The translations under genes were made by a program, and so were the position numbers. The notes under the pieces were generated by a model that was not told the DNA's origin, made no database searches, and worked only from the letters and a program-made list of their open reading frames with translations. 64,000 bases of DNA from an uncultured Bacteroidales bacterium (GTDB taxonomy: Bacteria; Bacteroidota; Bacteroidia; Bacteroidales; UBA7960), in assembly GCA_964589855.1 (NCBI GenBank), contig CAZPVB010000002.1:12274-76273 (forward strand), written 5' to 3'. Shown one piece after another: positions 27,508 through 37,939 of this stretch. Numbering within the stretch: the stretch's first letter is position 1; every line of letters begins with the position of its first letter.

Positions 27508-27901
27508 AATCAGACATTGATTGCAAAATGAGGAGATTCAATTGAACTCACATCTAGCTTATACAATATTTTTCAGGCAATAACGATCATATTGGTTTTA
27601 AGTTTTTATGCACAGGCAGAGATCGTTTTTCCTCTCATGCAGTCTGAGAAATAATTAAAGAGTCTGCTCCGAAAAGTCATTTTTTAATTAATTAGTGAAA
27701 ATCTTAAATTTTTAGTTGCCTGAAAATCAAAGAAATTAATTAGTGTTAATTTGTGTAATTGACTTTGTCGAGCTCCGCTTCGCTCCGGTTCGTGGACAAC
27801 AAACTTTCCAGAGTGGACTCATTAAATGGTTTCCGCACACGCATCCTTTCAAAAAGAATGCAAAAAACAAGATACCACGTTGTTATTAGATAGATATCTC
27901 A

Positions 27902-27950
27902 TAAAAAAAGGTGGTTTTCTGTGAAACGTATTGTTTCCGAAAACCACCTT
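27902..27950 (-). terminator. Rho-independent terminator of the 502-aa surface-protein gene
   Basis: Perfect 12-bp inverted repeat aaggtggttttc (27908-27919) / gaaaaccacctt (27939-27950). On the minus strand it is followed by TTTTTTT. Confidence 0.8.
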
Positions 27951-27980
27951 GCTTACACACACAATAATATTTTTAGCAGG

Positions 27981-29489
27981 TTAGCGAACCATGATCGTTC
28001 TGTCATCAGATTTTTCAGAAGAAAACAATCTTACCATTACCAGTTCACCCGTATAGTTTGCAGGTAAAGCAATTTGTATCTCCTGGTTATAACCGGTTTT
28101 ATCCACTTCGGTATTGGTGAGAACCCTGCCACGCATATCAGCGACAACCATTTTGGAACCGGGGATTTCATTTTTGTAGGTTACGTAAAGTGTTCCACCG
28201 CTCACCCTTGTATTTACGATCTCTGAAGATAATTCAGTATTTGTAAGTTCTACTGCAGCAGGTTGGAAATATTCAAATTTTCCGTCATAATCAGTTTGTT
28301 TTAAGCGATAATAAGATATGCCATCTACCGGAAACTGATCAGTAAAACTATAATGGCGGGTATGATTGCAGTTTCCTGCACCGGTTTCAAATGTAATCAC
28401 TTCCCAGTTAATGCCATCCATGCTTCTTTCGATGGTAAAATAGTCGTTGTTGATTTCGGTTGCTGTGCCCCATTCAAGATAAACTTGTCCTGAAACGGCT
28501 TTTGCTTTGAAATAAAGCAACTCTATTGGTAGCGGAGAGTTTGAAAAATCAATTTGGTTAGAAATGGGTGAGAATTTATATCCTTCACTTTTATTGGTCT
28601 GCTGGTATACTGCCCTTACATAATAAACAGGTGCATCTCCGGGCAAGTATTCATGTGAATCATCGAAATTCAAATCTTTATTACCTGAAAATGTGCTGTT
28701 CTCAATTACACCCTGCACAATCTCATCATAATGTAAACTTCCTCCCAGGTTTCTGAACACCTGAAAACCTGCAAACTCATATCCATCAGGGGTTGATTCA
28801 ACATATTCCCATGTAAGGCTGATTTTCAGATCAGCGTCAACTGAGGCATCCAGGTTTTCAGGTGAAGCAAGAGACAGTAAGGTCTCATCGCCAACAATGT
28901 AACCAGTAAATGCATCATAATCCATACCGCTGATATTGTGTACGTAAAGATTTCCGGTTCCTTCTATAGTGTTGGCATTTTGGTTATGACCGTTAATCTC
29001 GTCAGCAACAAGATCACCGTTTACTTCCATAGATGCCTGATTATGCATATCAATACTGCCGTCCACAACAAAAATTCCTCCTTCTTTAATGTCAACAGAC
29101 AAATGATTGTGAACGTTCACATCTCCGTGAATGATCAACTCTCCGCCATCATTTACAATAATGGTAAGTTTGGTTCCATTAGATGCATCAACATTACCGA
29201 AGATTTCAAGACTACCGGACACTTCAATGGTAAAATTCTTTTCAATAGACAAATCCTTGTTAGCTTCGTCACTATTTCCCAAATTTACAGTATGCGAATC
29301 ATTAACTTTAATTGTATCAAAATTATGTTTATTCTTTTTTATGGTAAGTGGCACTGAAATATTCTCTTCCCAGGTTGTTTTTTCTTCCCAATCTCCCGTT
29401 TCCCTGCTGGTTTGTGCTTTTAAACCAGTATTTACTGCTAAACCAACTATGATCAGAATGGCGAAAATGTTTGTAAAAAGTGCTTTCAT
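27981..29489 (-). CDS. Secreted cell-surface protein (repetitive beta-solenoid-like N-terminal region, FN3-like domain, C-terminal beta-sandwich domains)
   Basis: Signal peptide. Reiterated G.L.I.G.V.. segments (GSLEIFGNVDA, GELIIHGDVNV, GIFVVDGSIDM, MEVNGDLVA). The LLYFKAKAVSGQVYLEWGTATEINNDYFTIERSMDG...YYRLKQTDYDG domain is common in Bacteroidota surface proteins. Confidence 0.6.
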   Translation of the reverse strand: MKALFTNIFAILIIVGLAVNTGLKAQTSRETGDWEEKTTWEENISVPLTIKKNKHNFDTIKVNDSHTVNLGNSDEANKDLSIEKNFTIEVSGSLEIFGNVDASNGTKLTIIVNDGGELIIHGDVNVHNHLSVDIKEGGIFVVDGSIDMHNQASMEVNGDLVADEINGHNQNANTIEGTGNLYVHNISGMDYDAFTGYIVGDETLLSLASPENLDASVDADLKISLTWEYVESTPDGYEFAGFQVFRNLGGSLHYDEIVQGVIENSTFSGNKDLNFDDSHEYLPGDAPVYYVRAVYQQTNKSEGYKFSPISNQIDFSNSPLPIELLYFKAKAVSGQVYLEWGTATEINNDYFTIERSMDGINWEVITFETGAGNCNHTRHYSFTDQFPVDGISYYRLKQTDYDGKFEYFQPAAVELTNTELSSEIVNTRVSGGTLYVTYKNEIPGSKMVVADMRGRVLTNTEVDKTGYNQEIQIALPANYTGELVMVRLFSSEKSDDRTIMVR

Positions 29490-30004
29490 GTGTGTGAGTT
29501 TTAAATAATTATTGTTTTCCTGTGTTTCTTACTGTTTATAATACGATGTTTGATGTGTTTATTACCCTGATCGTATTAGTCATTATTTACTTATACAAAA
29601 GTAGGTATTTTTACTTACACCAAACACAGCATTTGTACTTTTATGATTCTTTTTGTTTTCAACAATGCCTTATTGTCTGTATTTCAGCACATTAACTTTT
29701 CAACATTTTGATAAATGTCGCCCAAATTACTTTTATATTCGACGGAAAAGTATTTTCAAACAACTCATTTTTGGCGAAAAAACCAAAAGACAAGTAAATT
29801 TCGTATATATCCAAACAAAAAATAAGTATTTTACTTACTCACAAATAAGTATTATCCTTCATGTTTCAGACATTAATTTTTGAAAGAATGACGATTTTTA
29901 TGTGAAGTGTTCATGTTGGCAGGGATTTGAAACTGTAATACTGGTAACAAAAATTTCAGTTTACCCTCATTAACAATCTTGGTGATTTTTCATACAAACT
30001 TCAT

Positions 30005-30034
30005 CTTGCCCGGCAAAGTATTTTTGTAATTTTG
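30005..30034 (+). promoter_or_regulatory. Candidate promoter of the metallophosphoesterase gene
   Basis: cTTG (30005-30008), 18 nt spacer, then TAATTTTG (30027-30034). The TTG start codon used by the ORF track (30032) lies inside this -7 box. Confidence 0.35.
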
Positions 30035-30103
30035 ACAACATATAATATTACCTGCACTCCGGCAGAATTCAGTTATCATTTATCCTTTAATAAAGAAACG
30101 CCA

Positions 30104-31969
30104 ATGCATAATAAAAACCTACACTTCATCTACACCATTATCCTGTTTGCATTTATCCATACAGGATGCGATCATTCAGAAAAAAAAGATATCCGTTTTG
30201 CATTTCTCACAGATATGCATTTTGCTGAGGGCAACGAAAGTGCTGAGCAAATGCGGGAGATCATCAGCGAAATCAATACCAGCGACCTGGAATTTGTGGT
30301 CATCAATGGAGATATCAGCAACCAGGGATCAGACAGCGAACTGCAATTTGCTTACGAAATTTTCGATGAACTGCAAATACCTTATTATATCGTCCCGGGC
30401 AACCATGAAACGAATTGGTCTGAAAGTGCAGGAGAAAGTTTTAATAAAATATTCGGCGATGATAAATTCTCATTTGTGAGAGATGATTTTCTTTTTGCAG
30501 GGGTCAACTCAGGTCCTTTTATGCGCATGGGCGATGGACACATCAAAAATGAAGATATTCAATGGATAGAAACTACATTGACTGAATATTCGGAGAAAAA
30601 AGTTATTTTTTTTGCTCACTATCCGCTGGCCGAAGGATTAGACCGGTGGCCCGAAATAACCGATCTGCTAAAAGAATATGATATCCAAATGGCATTTTGC
30701 GGACACGGGCATCAGCTGCAATTGCTCAATTTTAATGGCATCCCTGGTATTATGGGTCGCTCAAGGGTGCTGAGAGGAGAAAATGAACCCGGATATAACA
30801 TTGTTCATCTTTCCTCTGATAGTATTTTTGCATTTGAAAAAATATTGCATCAACCCAATCCGGAAAAAACCCTTTCTTTTGCACTGAAAGATCCTCAAAC
30901 CACCCTCAACATTGCTTCTTCGCCTTTGCCCGATTATAGCATAAATGAAGATTATGCATTTGTAAAACCTTCTTTTGCTTACAGGGATTCGCTTTCTTCT
31001 GTCTTCACGGGGCCATTGGTTGTGGGTGATTCTATCCTGATCTATGGAAATTCGCTGGGGTGGATAAAAGCATTAGACATCCCTTCACGGAAAGTGATAT
31101 GGGAAACCCAATTAAACGGTCCCTTGTTCTCAACTCCGGTTGATTACAATGGATTAATCATTTTGGGCGATGCAGAGGGGATTCTTTGGGCACTGGATGC
31201 CTCCAATGGAAACACATCCTGGAAAATACAAACAGAAGAGCCTGTTTTGGCAACACCGCTGATCCATGACGGGCATATTTTTACAGGGTCGGGAAGCAAT
31301 GCTTTTTTGAAAATTGACGCCAGGACCGGTAGCATCATCTGGTCTTTTGAAGAGGTAAAAGGACTTATGCAGGCCAAAGCAGCAGTTCATGAAAACTATG
31401 TGGTTTTTACGTCATGGGACACCCATGTGTATTGCCTTGATAATGAAACCGGTACGCTGTTATGGAAATGGAACAATGACAGACCCGTTTCGCTCCTTTC
31501 ACCGGGTAATGTAGTACCCGTGATCCAGAACGAAAAAGTATTTATTGTGGCGCCTGATCGCAAAATGACTGCTATCGACCTGAAAACCGGAAACCAGGTT
31601 TGGCGAACCGGCAAACACCAGGTTCGGGAGTCTATGGGAATTTCTTATCAAGACGAACTTATTTTTGCGAAACTTATGAATGACAGCATATTGGCAGTAA
31701 AAACCCAACCCGATGATTTTGAGAGCGCATGGGTAGTGGATGCCGGATTTGGGTATGACCACAATCCTTGTCCCCTGGTGCAAATGAACAATACCTTGTT
31801 TGCAGCAACCAAAAACGGGGTAGTCATGGCCATCAACATACAGAATCAAACCTTGCAATGGAAATACAAAGTAAGCAACACAGCGGTTAATTTCTTTTAT
31901 CCCGACAACAAAACAAACAAAATCTGGATATCAACTACAGATGGCATCATCATGGCATTTGACAACTAA
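30104..31969 (+). CDS. Calcineurin-like metallophosphoesterase fused to a PQQ/BamB-like beta-propeller; lipoprotein
   Basis: Lipobox FIHTGC after the ATG at 30104. Phosphoesterase motifs FLTDMHF, INGDISNQG, GNHE and CGHGHQ. The C-terminal half has repeated WxxxxxG...S.P beta-propeller blades (VIWETQLNGPLFSTP, TSWKIQTEEPVLATP, LLWKWNN). Confidence 0.8.
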   Translation: MHNKNLHFIYTIILFAFIHTGCDHSEKKDIRFAFLTDMHFAEGNESAEQMREIISEINTSDLEFVVINGDISNQGSDSELQFAYEIFDELQIPYYIVPGNHETNWSESAGESFNKIFGDDKFSFVRDDFLFAGVNSGPFMRMGDGHIKNEDIQWIETTLTEYSEKKVIFFAHYPLAEGLDRWPEITDLLKEYDIQMAFCGHGHQLQLLNFNGIPGIMGRSRVLRGENEPGYNIVHLSSDSIFAFEKILHQPNPEKTLSFALKDPQTTLNIASSPLPDYSINEDYAFVKPSFAYRDSLSSVFTGPLVVGDSILIYGNSLGWIKALDIPSRKVIWETQLNGPLFSTPVDYNGLIILGDAEGILWALDASNGNTSWKIQTEEPVLATPLIHDGHIFTGSGSNAFLKIDARTGSIIWSFEEVKGLMQAKAAVHENYVVFTSWDTHVYCLDNETGTLLWKWNNDRPVSLLSPGNVVPVIQNEKVFIVAPDRKMTAIDLKTGNQVWRTGKHQVRESMGISYQDELIFAKLMNDSILAVKTQPDDFESAWVVDAGFGYDHNPCPLVQMNNTLFAATKNGVVMAINIQNQTLQWKYKVSNTAVNFFYPDNKTNKIWISTTDGIIMAFDN

Positions 31970-32010
31970 CGAATCCTGAATACAATACACAAATTTCAGT
32001 GTTACGCTAT

Positions 32011-33879
32011 TCATTCAATCACAATCTTTTTGACCAGGATAGTGTTCGCATTTGAGATCTTCATCATATAAACCCCGGGCGATAAATCTTTCAGGTGCAA
32101 GGGATGATTGCCCTTGCCCGACAAAGTTGTTTTTACATTGATTCTGCCATCAGTTCCAATGATCTCAATTTGCGATTCAATACCCATATCCCCCTCAAGG
32201 GTAAACATGCCATTTCCGGGATTGGGGTAAATATTTACCTGCAGATCTGATCTTTCAACCACATCTGTTCCATCATCTTCTACAGTGATTAATGCCGCTA
32301 CCTCAAGCGGGGTAGGTGGGTCAGACTGCTCTACCCCTTCCGGCAGATCAAAAACACCCATAGCATTGTAAACACCGGGTACATTGGCATTATAGTCATC
32401 CGAAGACCAGTTAAGATCAACGGTATATCTGGTGCCCGCTGCGCTGGTTATGGTTGTCTGATCGCTGAGCATGGCAAGGGCATCTTCCATGCTGGTGCCC
32501 AATTCAACAGAAATATCCTCCACATCTTCAATGCCGGCAATTTGGTTCAGTGACGAAAAATCGTCATAGGAAACCACACGTATGGCATCTGCCACCACAT
32601 AACTATTAGTGTTGGCAGCAGCGGTAATGGTCACTTTTTCACTGTTATCGCCGTTAAACTGGTAAGTGCCGATGAGGGTCCACATAGAACCCCCGTTTGA
32701 TTGATCTACCTTCTCTTCTGTAACACCCTCAGCATGTTCTATAATAAAAGGAGTGTCTGAAGCCCTGTTTGGGTGGGATACCCACCAACCATATATTTCA
32801 TATTCGCCAGGTTGGGGCAAATGGAGTGGAAATTCATAAAAATCATCATCTGTACCCAGCGGGTGCAGCAGGCTAGGAGTTTCCCAAAAACCATCATTTG
32901 CAGTCTCAAACCAACTACCCTGCGAACTCACGCCCTCATCAGAAGTGTCTATTATTTTCTCATATTCAGGCGTTTGCGGCAGGTAAAGCGAATCGGCATG
33001 CACAATGCCCAATATAGACGGAACTGCCCGTCCCTGGTCATAAATACTCTCAGAACCTGCTGCCATGGCACTACTCCCTCCACCGTCAAGATTCATTGCC
33101 TCATAGCATCCAATGGCTGCCAGTTCTTCTGCCATCTCACCTATCTTCATGGAATTGGTAACAAATAAAATGGCTTTGTTGTCTTGTGTATAACCTACCG
33201 CTGTGCGAGGGCGATAATCAGTAAGAAACACACCCGACCCCCAGAAGATCTCTTCGCAATAGGTAATCTCAATCTCTCCATCTTTAATAAGCATAGGTCC
33301 GCCACCAATACCGTAGGCAATATCTTCATATTGCGTTCCGTCTTCTAATGATGGAACGGGCAAAGGATCGGGGTCATCGCAAGTATAGGAAAGAGGTTGC
33401 TCATATTTATAAATATCCTCAAAATTATAGGAGTGATGATACACCCATTCTGCTGAAAGGGTACGATCCTGATTCATGGCAAAAATGGGACGAATAACCG
33501 GGTAGGTCTTACCATTGCGGTTTACAGAAATAAGGTTACGCGCTGGTACTTCATTGGGATAAATAACTGATGAAACCGAGGAAGTACTGGAAAAAAAACC
33601 TCCATTGATGGCGCCATATGCACCCACATCAGCCGAGAAATCGTGAACCTGCTGAGTGCCTGAGATTAAATAAGGTCGGATAGCGATCTCTTCAACAGAA
33701 AGATCAACTTCATAATACCAGGCTTCGAAATTATCATTACCGGAAATTTCTCCATGAAAAAAGCGTAAACCTTCCGGTAAATCATATTCTGATGTAATAT
33801 CATTCCAGTTGATGGTTTGAGCTACATTACCACTAATGCTGGTTATTACGAGCAAAATAAAAAGAAAGATACTTTTCAT
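32011..33879 (-). CDS. Phosphodiester glycosidase family (DUF2233) protein with a golvesin-C-like domain and T9SS C-terminal domain
   Basis: Motifs GAINGGFF, RPRTAVGYT and AMNLDGGGSS. The segment GEYEIYGWWVSHPNRASDTPF...WTLIGTYQF...VVADAIRVV is golvesin-like. C-terminal VNIYPNPGNGMFTLEG...VYMMKI tail. Confidence 0.8.
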   Translation of the reverse strand: MKSIFLFILLVITSISGNVAQTINWNDITSEYDLPEGLRFFHGEISGNDNFEAWYYEVDLSVEEIAIRPYLISGTQQVHDFSADVGAYGAINGGFFSSTSSVSSVIYPNEVPARNLISVNRNGKTYPVIRPIFAMNQDRTLSAEWVYHHSYNFEDIYKYEQPLSYTCDDPDPLPVPSLEDGTQYEDIAYGIGGGPMLIKDGEIEITYCEEIFWGSGVFLTDYRPRTAVGYTQDNKAILFVTNSMKIGEMAEELAAIGCYEAMNLDGGGSSAMAAGSESIYDQGRAVPSILGIVHADSLYLPQTPEYEKIIDTSDEGVSSQGSWFETANDGFWETPSLLHPLGTDDDFYEFPLHLPQPGEYEIYGWWVSHPNRASDTPFIIEHAEGVTEEKVDQSNGGSMWTLIGTYQFNGDNSEKVTITAAANTNSYVVADAIRVVSYDDFSSLNQIAGIEDVEDISVELGTSMEDALAMLSDQTTITSAAGTRYTVDLNWSSDDYNANVPGVYNAMGVFDLPEGVEQSDPPTPLEVAALITVEDDGTDVVERSDLQVNIYPNPGNGMFTLEGDMGIESQIEIIGTDGRINVKTTLSGKGNHPLHLKDLSPGVYMMKISNANTILVKKIVIE

Positions 33880-34182
33880 AATTGGGGTTTTTAATAATTT
33901 TTTTTATGTAAAAGTAAGGATTTAATTTTCACTTTCAAAGCAGCATTTAAATATGTTTATAAAATCTTTCACTTAAAAACATCACAAAGAGTTAAACAAC
34001 ATATGCAGATAAAAACAACATTTTTTAAATAAAATATTTTAAAAACCACTTAAACCTTATTTATTTTTCTTTTATCTTTGTAGTATTCTTTCTTATATTT
34101 ACCAAATTTTCAAGAAACAATTTACGCCAAACCTGCTTTTTATCTATAATATAAAGATTACATATCTAAAACCAAACCTATC

Positions 34183-36543
34183 ATGACACGAAAAACTGCT
34201 GCCCTCGATTCTTTCAATGTTGTTTACAGTAACGTTGAAGAAACTTTCAGAAAAAAATCAGGTCTTAACCAGATCAGCACGCAAATTCCGTATATCACTG
34301 TTGACAATTTTCCTCAGCTTGGACTGATTACGGCCTTGAGGTTTTTGGAATGGGTTTCGGAAAACCCCGAAGGAGTAATCAGCCTGCCCACAGGAAAAAC
34401 ACCAGAATTTTTTATTAAATGGACAGATTACCTGCTGGAAAACTGGGAAACCCAAAAAGGTGCGGAAATGAGAAAACAGTTTGGATTACAGGTGAGCAAA
34501 AAGCCTGAATTAAAAGGATTGCAGTTTATCCAGATTGATGAGTTTTACCCTATCAGCAGCAAACAACACAATAGTTTTTATGATTATGTGATCAATTTTT
34601 ATCTGAAAAATTTTGGTTTGGATAAAAATCGCGCACTACTGATCAACAGCGATGAAATACCCCTTGCTGACAATAAACACTTCAGTGAAGTATTTCCTGA
34701 AGGAAACATTGATCTTTCACTGCGCTATCGCGAATCAAGAAACCATGCCGAAGAGATGCAACAAAAGTCAATTTTTATGATTGATGACTGGTGCAGTGAT
34801 TATGAGCAAAAAATCCGTGAAAAAGGGGGTATTGGATTCTTCCTCGGTGGTATTGGACCTGATGGTCACATCGCTTTCAACGTAAGAGGATCGGATGAAT
34901 TCAGCACTACCAGACTTACGGCAACCAATTTTGAAACACAAGCGGTAGCCGCCTCCGATCTGGGGGGAATTGAAATATCAGCCAACAGACTGGTGATCAC
35001 CATAGGACTTGAATCCATCACCTACAACCCTGATGCCGTGGCCATCATCATCGCCGCCGGTGAAGCCAAGGCGGGCATTGTAAAAGAATCGCTGGAAAAC
35101 GAAATATCGAATCTTTACCCGGCCTCCGTTCTGGCAAAATTGAAAAACGGACGCTTCTACCTAACTCAGGGTGCCGCCAGCAAATTAAACGATATGGTAA
35201 TAAGGCAATATAAAACCGGTAAATGGACCCAGGAGAAGAGTGAGAAATCAGTGATTGACCTTTGCAAGAAAGTTCAGAAATTCGGACATAGACTGGTTCT
35301 AGACGACCTGAAGAATGATACATTTACCAGGATGATACCCAACCTGGATGAGAACATCGTACAGCAGGTGTCTGATGAGATTGTAGATAAAATGAAAAAA
35401 GGTTTGCAAAAAGAAGAAAACCAGGTTTTTCTGCATACCGGACCCCATCATGATGATATCATGTTGGGAATCCTGCCTTTTATCACCAACCACATCAGCA
35501 CCCCATCCAACAAGTTTAAATTTGCTGTTCTTACCAGCGGTTTTACAGCAGTAACCAACAGATTTGTTATGGACCTGCTCAACGACACGAAAAGACTGAT
35601 GGACAAAGGACAGATACAAATGATCAACTACCCCGACTTTTTTGAGGTAGGATATAAACTGAAAAGCGATAAAGATGTTTATCATTACCTGAACAATGTT
35701 GCCTCCGGCAACCAGGAAGAGTGCAGAAGAGGTGTGTGCCACAGACTGGTAAGGGCATTGGTAGACACCTATAATGTAAAAAGCATTGAACACCTTCGCG
35801 ACACCCTCAACGAAGTGATTGTGATCCTGAAAAACAGCTACGATGGCGAAAAAAACCCTCCGAAGATTCAAAGAATCAAGGGAATGATCAGAGAATTTGA
35901 AGAAGAACTGGTTTGGGCACATTTTGGTGTACAGGTAAAAAATGTTGATCATTTGCGCCTGGGATTCTATAAGGGCGACATCTTTACAGAACAACCCAAA
36001 CTTAACCGCGATGTGGAACCGGTACTCGAACTGCTCAGGGAGGTAAGACCTACTGTTTTAAGTCTCACCTTTGACCCGGAAGGTAGCGGACCCGATACAC
36101 ATTACAAGGTTCTGCAGGCAACTGCCGAAGCGCTGCGATTGTGGAAAAAGGAAGAAGACCTCTCTCAATTGCGCATCTGGGGTTACCGGAATGTTTGGTA
36201 CCGCTTCCATCCCGCAGAGGCAGATATCATTTTCCCCGTTTCACTCAATGCCATGGCCGAGATGAACGATTCTTTCACCAATTGCTATGTGAGCCAGGTA
36301 GATGCCTCTTTTCCCAGTTATGAACATCATGGCAAATTCAGCGAACTGGCGCAGAAAATATGGGTACAACAACTGAAAGATGTGCAATTGCTCCTGGGAA
36401 AAAACCACTTCTATCTGAATGAAGACCCACGCATAAGAGCTTGCCATGGTTTGCTTTATGTAAAAGAGATGAATGTTGATGAATTCCTGTCTCACGCCCG
36501 GGAACTCAAAGAATCGGTTGAAGGGATGGTAGCAGGATTGTAA
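34183..36543 (+). CDS. nagB: Long-form glucosamine-6-phosphate deaminase (NagB domain plus C-terminal LmbE/PIG-L-like domain)
   Basis: Motifs LPTGKTP and GGIGPDGHIAFN (sugar-phosphate isomerase/deaminase fold). A PIG-L-type motif HTGPHHDDIMLG lies in the C-terminal half. Confidence 0.75.
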   Translation: MTRKTAALDSFNVVYSNVEETFRKKSGLNQISTQIPYITVDNFPQLGLITALRFLEWVSENPEGVISLPTGKTPEFFIKWTDYLLENWETQKGAEMRKQFGLQVSKKPELKGLQFIQIDEFYPISSKQHNSFYDYVINFYLKNFGLDKNRALLINSDEIPLADNKHFSEVFPEGNIDLSLRYRESRNHAEEMQQKSIFMIDDWCSDYEQKIREKGGIGFFLGGIGPDGHIAFNVRGSDEFSTTRLTATNFETQAVAASDLGGIEISANRLVITIGLESITYNPDAVAIIIAAGEAKAGIVKESLENEISNLYPASVLAKLKNGRFYLTQGAASKLNDMVIRQYKTGKWTQEKSEKSVIDLCKKVQKFGHRLVLDDLKNDTFTRMIPNLDENIVQQVSDEIVDKMKKGLQKEENQVFLHTGPHHDDIMLGILPFITNHISTPSNKFKFAVLTSGFTAVTNRFVMDLLNDTKRLMDKGQIQMINYPDFFEVGYKLKSDKDVYHYLNNVASGNQEECRRGVCHRLVRALVDTYNVKSIEHLRDTLNEVIVILKNSYDGEKNPPKIQRIKGMIREFEEELVWAHFGVQVKNVDHLRLGFYKGDIFTEQPKLNRDVEPVLELLREVRPTVLSLTFDPEGSGPDTHYKVLQATAEALRLWKKEEDLSQLRIWGYRNVWYRFHPAEADIIFPVSLNAMAEMNDSFTNCYVSQVDASFPSYEHHGKFSELAQKIWVQQLKDVQLLLGKNHFYLNEDPRIRACHGLLYVKEMNVDEFLSHARELKESVEGMVAGL

Positions 36544-36628
36544 AAAAAATAAGAAAAAACGGACAAGTTTCAGGATTGTTTTTGTGAGTTGTTAATCGTT
36601 TAGTTTTTTTAGTAGTTTGATTTCCAAA

Positions 36629-36665
36629 ACGGCATCCTCCGAACCGGAGGGTGTCGTTCTTTTTT
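36629..36665 (+). terminator. Rho-independent terminator downstream of nagB
   Basis: 13-bp stem acggcatcctccg / cggagggtgtcgt (two G-U pairs) with loop aac, followed by tcTTTTTT. Confidence 0.8.
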
Positions 36666-36801
36666 ACCTGATTGCTCAAACAAGCTACAATCAATTGCCC
36701 GTTGATTTTTCACAGATAACAGGTGTTGCTGTTTTCATAATTTTTGATTTTTCATTCAGAAACATTTCCGCTTCATTTTTAAACAACACTATCTTTGTTG
36801 T

Positions 36802-37878
36802 GTGGCAGACTGCAGAAAAATAATACATATCGATATGGATGCATTTTATGCATCGGTAGAACAAAGAGACAACCCAAGTCTCTGCGGAAAACCCATTGCC
36901 GTGGGAGGTGGTGCCGAAAGAGGTGTGGTAGCTGCTGCCAGTTATGAAGCCAGGGAATTTGGGGTGAGATCAGCAATGCCTGCTTCACTGGCAAAAAGAA
37001 AATGCCCGCAATTGATCTTCGTTAAACCACGGTTTGATGTTTACCGCAGTGTCTCTAATCAGATCAGAAAAATATTTTTAGAATATACGCACCTGGTCGA
37101 ACCGCTGTCCCTCGATGAAGCCTATCTGGATGTGACACACCCCCTCAAAGGGCCCAATTCTGCAACCCTTATCGCCAATGAGATAAGAAAAAGAATTGAT
37201 AAAGAATTACATCTCAAGGCATCAGCGGGTATTTCCTTCAATAAGTTCCTTGCCAAAACTGCCTCAGACATCAACAAACCTAACGGATTCTTTGTGATAA
37301 AACCTGAAGAAGCCAATGCTTTTATAGAAAAATTACCCGTGAGCAAATTTTTTGGCGTTGGTAAGGTTACCGCCGAAAAACTGCATAAACTTGGCATAAA
37401 AAACGGTGCCGACCTGAAAAAAACAACAAAAGAGTTACTGATCAGGCATTTCGGAAAACACGGCATATTCTTTTACAATATTGCCAGAGGTGCTGACAAC
37501 AGGGTTGTTGAACCAGAGCGCATACGCAAATCGGTGGGGGCTGAAAATACTTTCTTCCAGGATCTGAAAACCACCGAAGAACTCAACCAGGCAATGGAGG
37601 ATATTTGCCAGACACTGTTTTTAAGACTTACCAGAGCCGACATGTGGGGAAAAACGTTAACGGTAAAAATCAAATACCATGATTTTACCCGGATAACGCG
37701 CAGCCGTACCTTTGTTGAACCGGTTACAGATAAGGATATGATCTTTGAACAGTCCGTACAATTGCTGCATGAAAACAGGCAAAAAGATAAACCCATCAGA
37801 CTGCTGGGTGCCACCTTTTCTCAGTTGGAAAGCAATCAACACAGTGCCGGAAAGCAACTCCGGCTGCAATTTTGGTAG
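36802..37878 (+). CDS. dinB: DNA polymerase IV (Y-family)
   Basis: Motifs IIHIDMDAFYASVEQRDNP and SLDEAYLDVT with GISFNKFLAKTASD. GTG start; no in-frame ATG lies before the conserved N-terminus. Confidence 0.9.
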   Translation: MADCRKIIHIDMDAFYASVEQRDNPSLCGKPIAVGGGAERGVVAAASYEAREFGVRSAMPASLAKRKCPQLIFVKPRFDVYRSVSNQIRKIFLEYTHLVEPLSLDEAYLDVTHPLKGPNSATLIANEIRKRIDKELHLKASAGISFNKFLAKTASDINKPNGFFVIKPEEANAFIEKLPVSKFFGVGKVTAEKLHKLGIKNGADLKKTTKELLIRHFGKHGIFFYNIARGADNRVVEPERIRKSVGAENTFFQDLKTTEELNQAMEDICQTLFLRLTRADMWGKTLTVKIKYHDFTRITRSRTFVEPVTDKDMIFEQSVQLLHENRQKDKPIRLLGATFSQLESNQHSAGKQLRLQFW

Positions 37879-37939
37879 TTTCAGCATATTTCAGAAAATA
37901 AGGCGGTCTGTTCATCATGTAACGGGTGCAAAGGAAGTC

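Noticed and set aside
27767-27797. GC-rich segment gtcgagctccgcttcgctccggttcgtggac, which superficially resembles a tRNA T-arm (ggttcg)
   Set aside because: No acceptor stem or anticodon arm can be folded around it, and no cloverleaf of 70-90 nt is present. No tRNA gene was recognised anywhere in the window.
30032-30103. TTG-initiated extension of the metallophosphoesterase ORF
   Set aside because: The TTG lies inside the TAATTTTG -7-like box. The ATG at 30104 gives a proper lipoprotein signal peptide.
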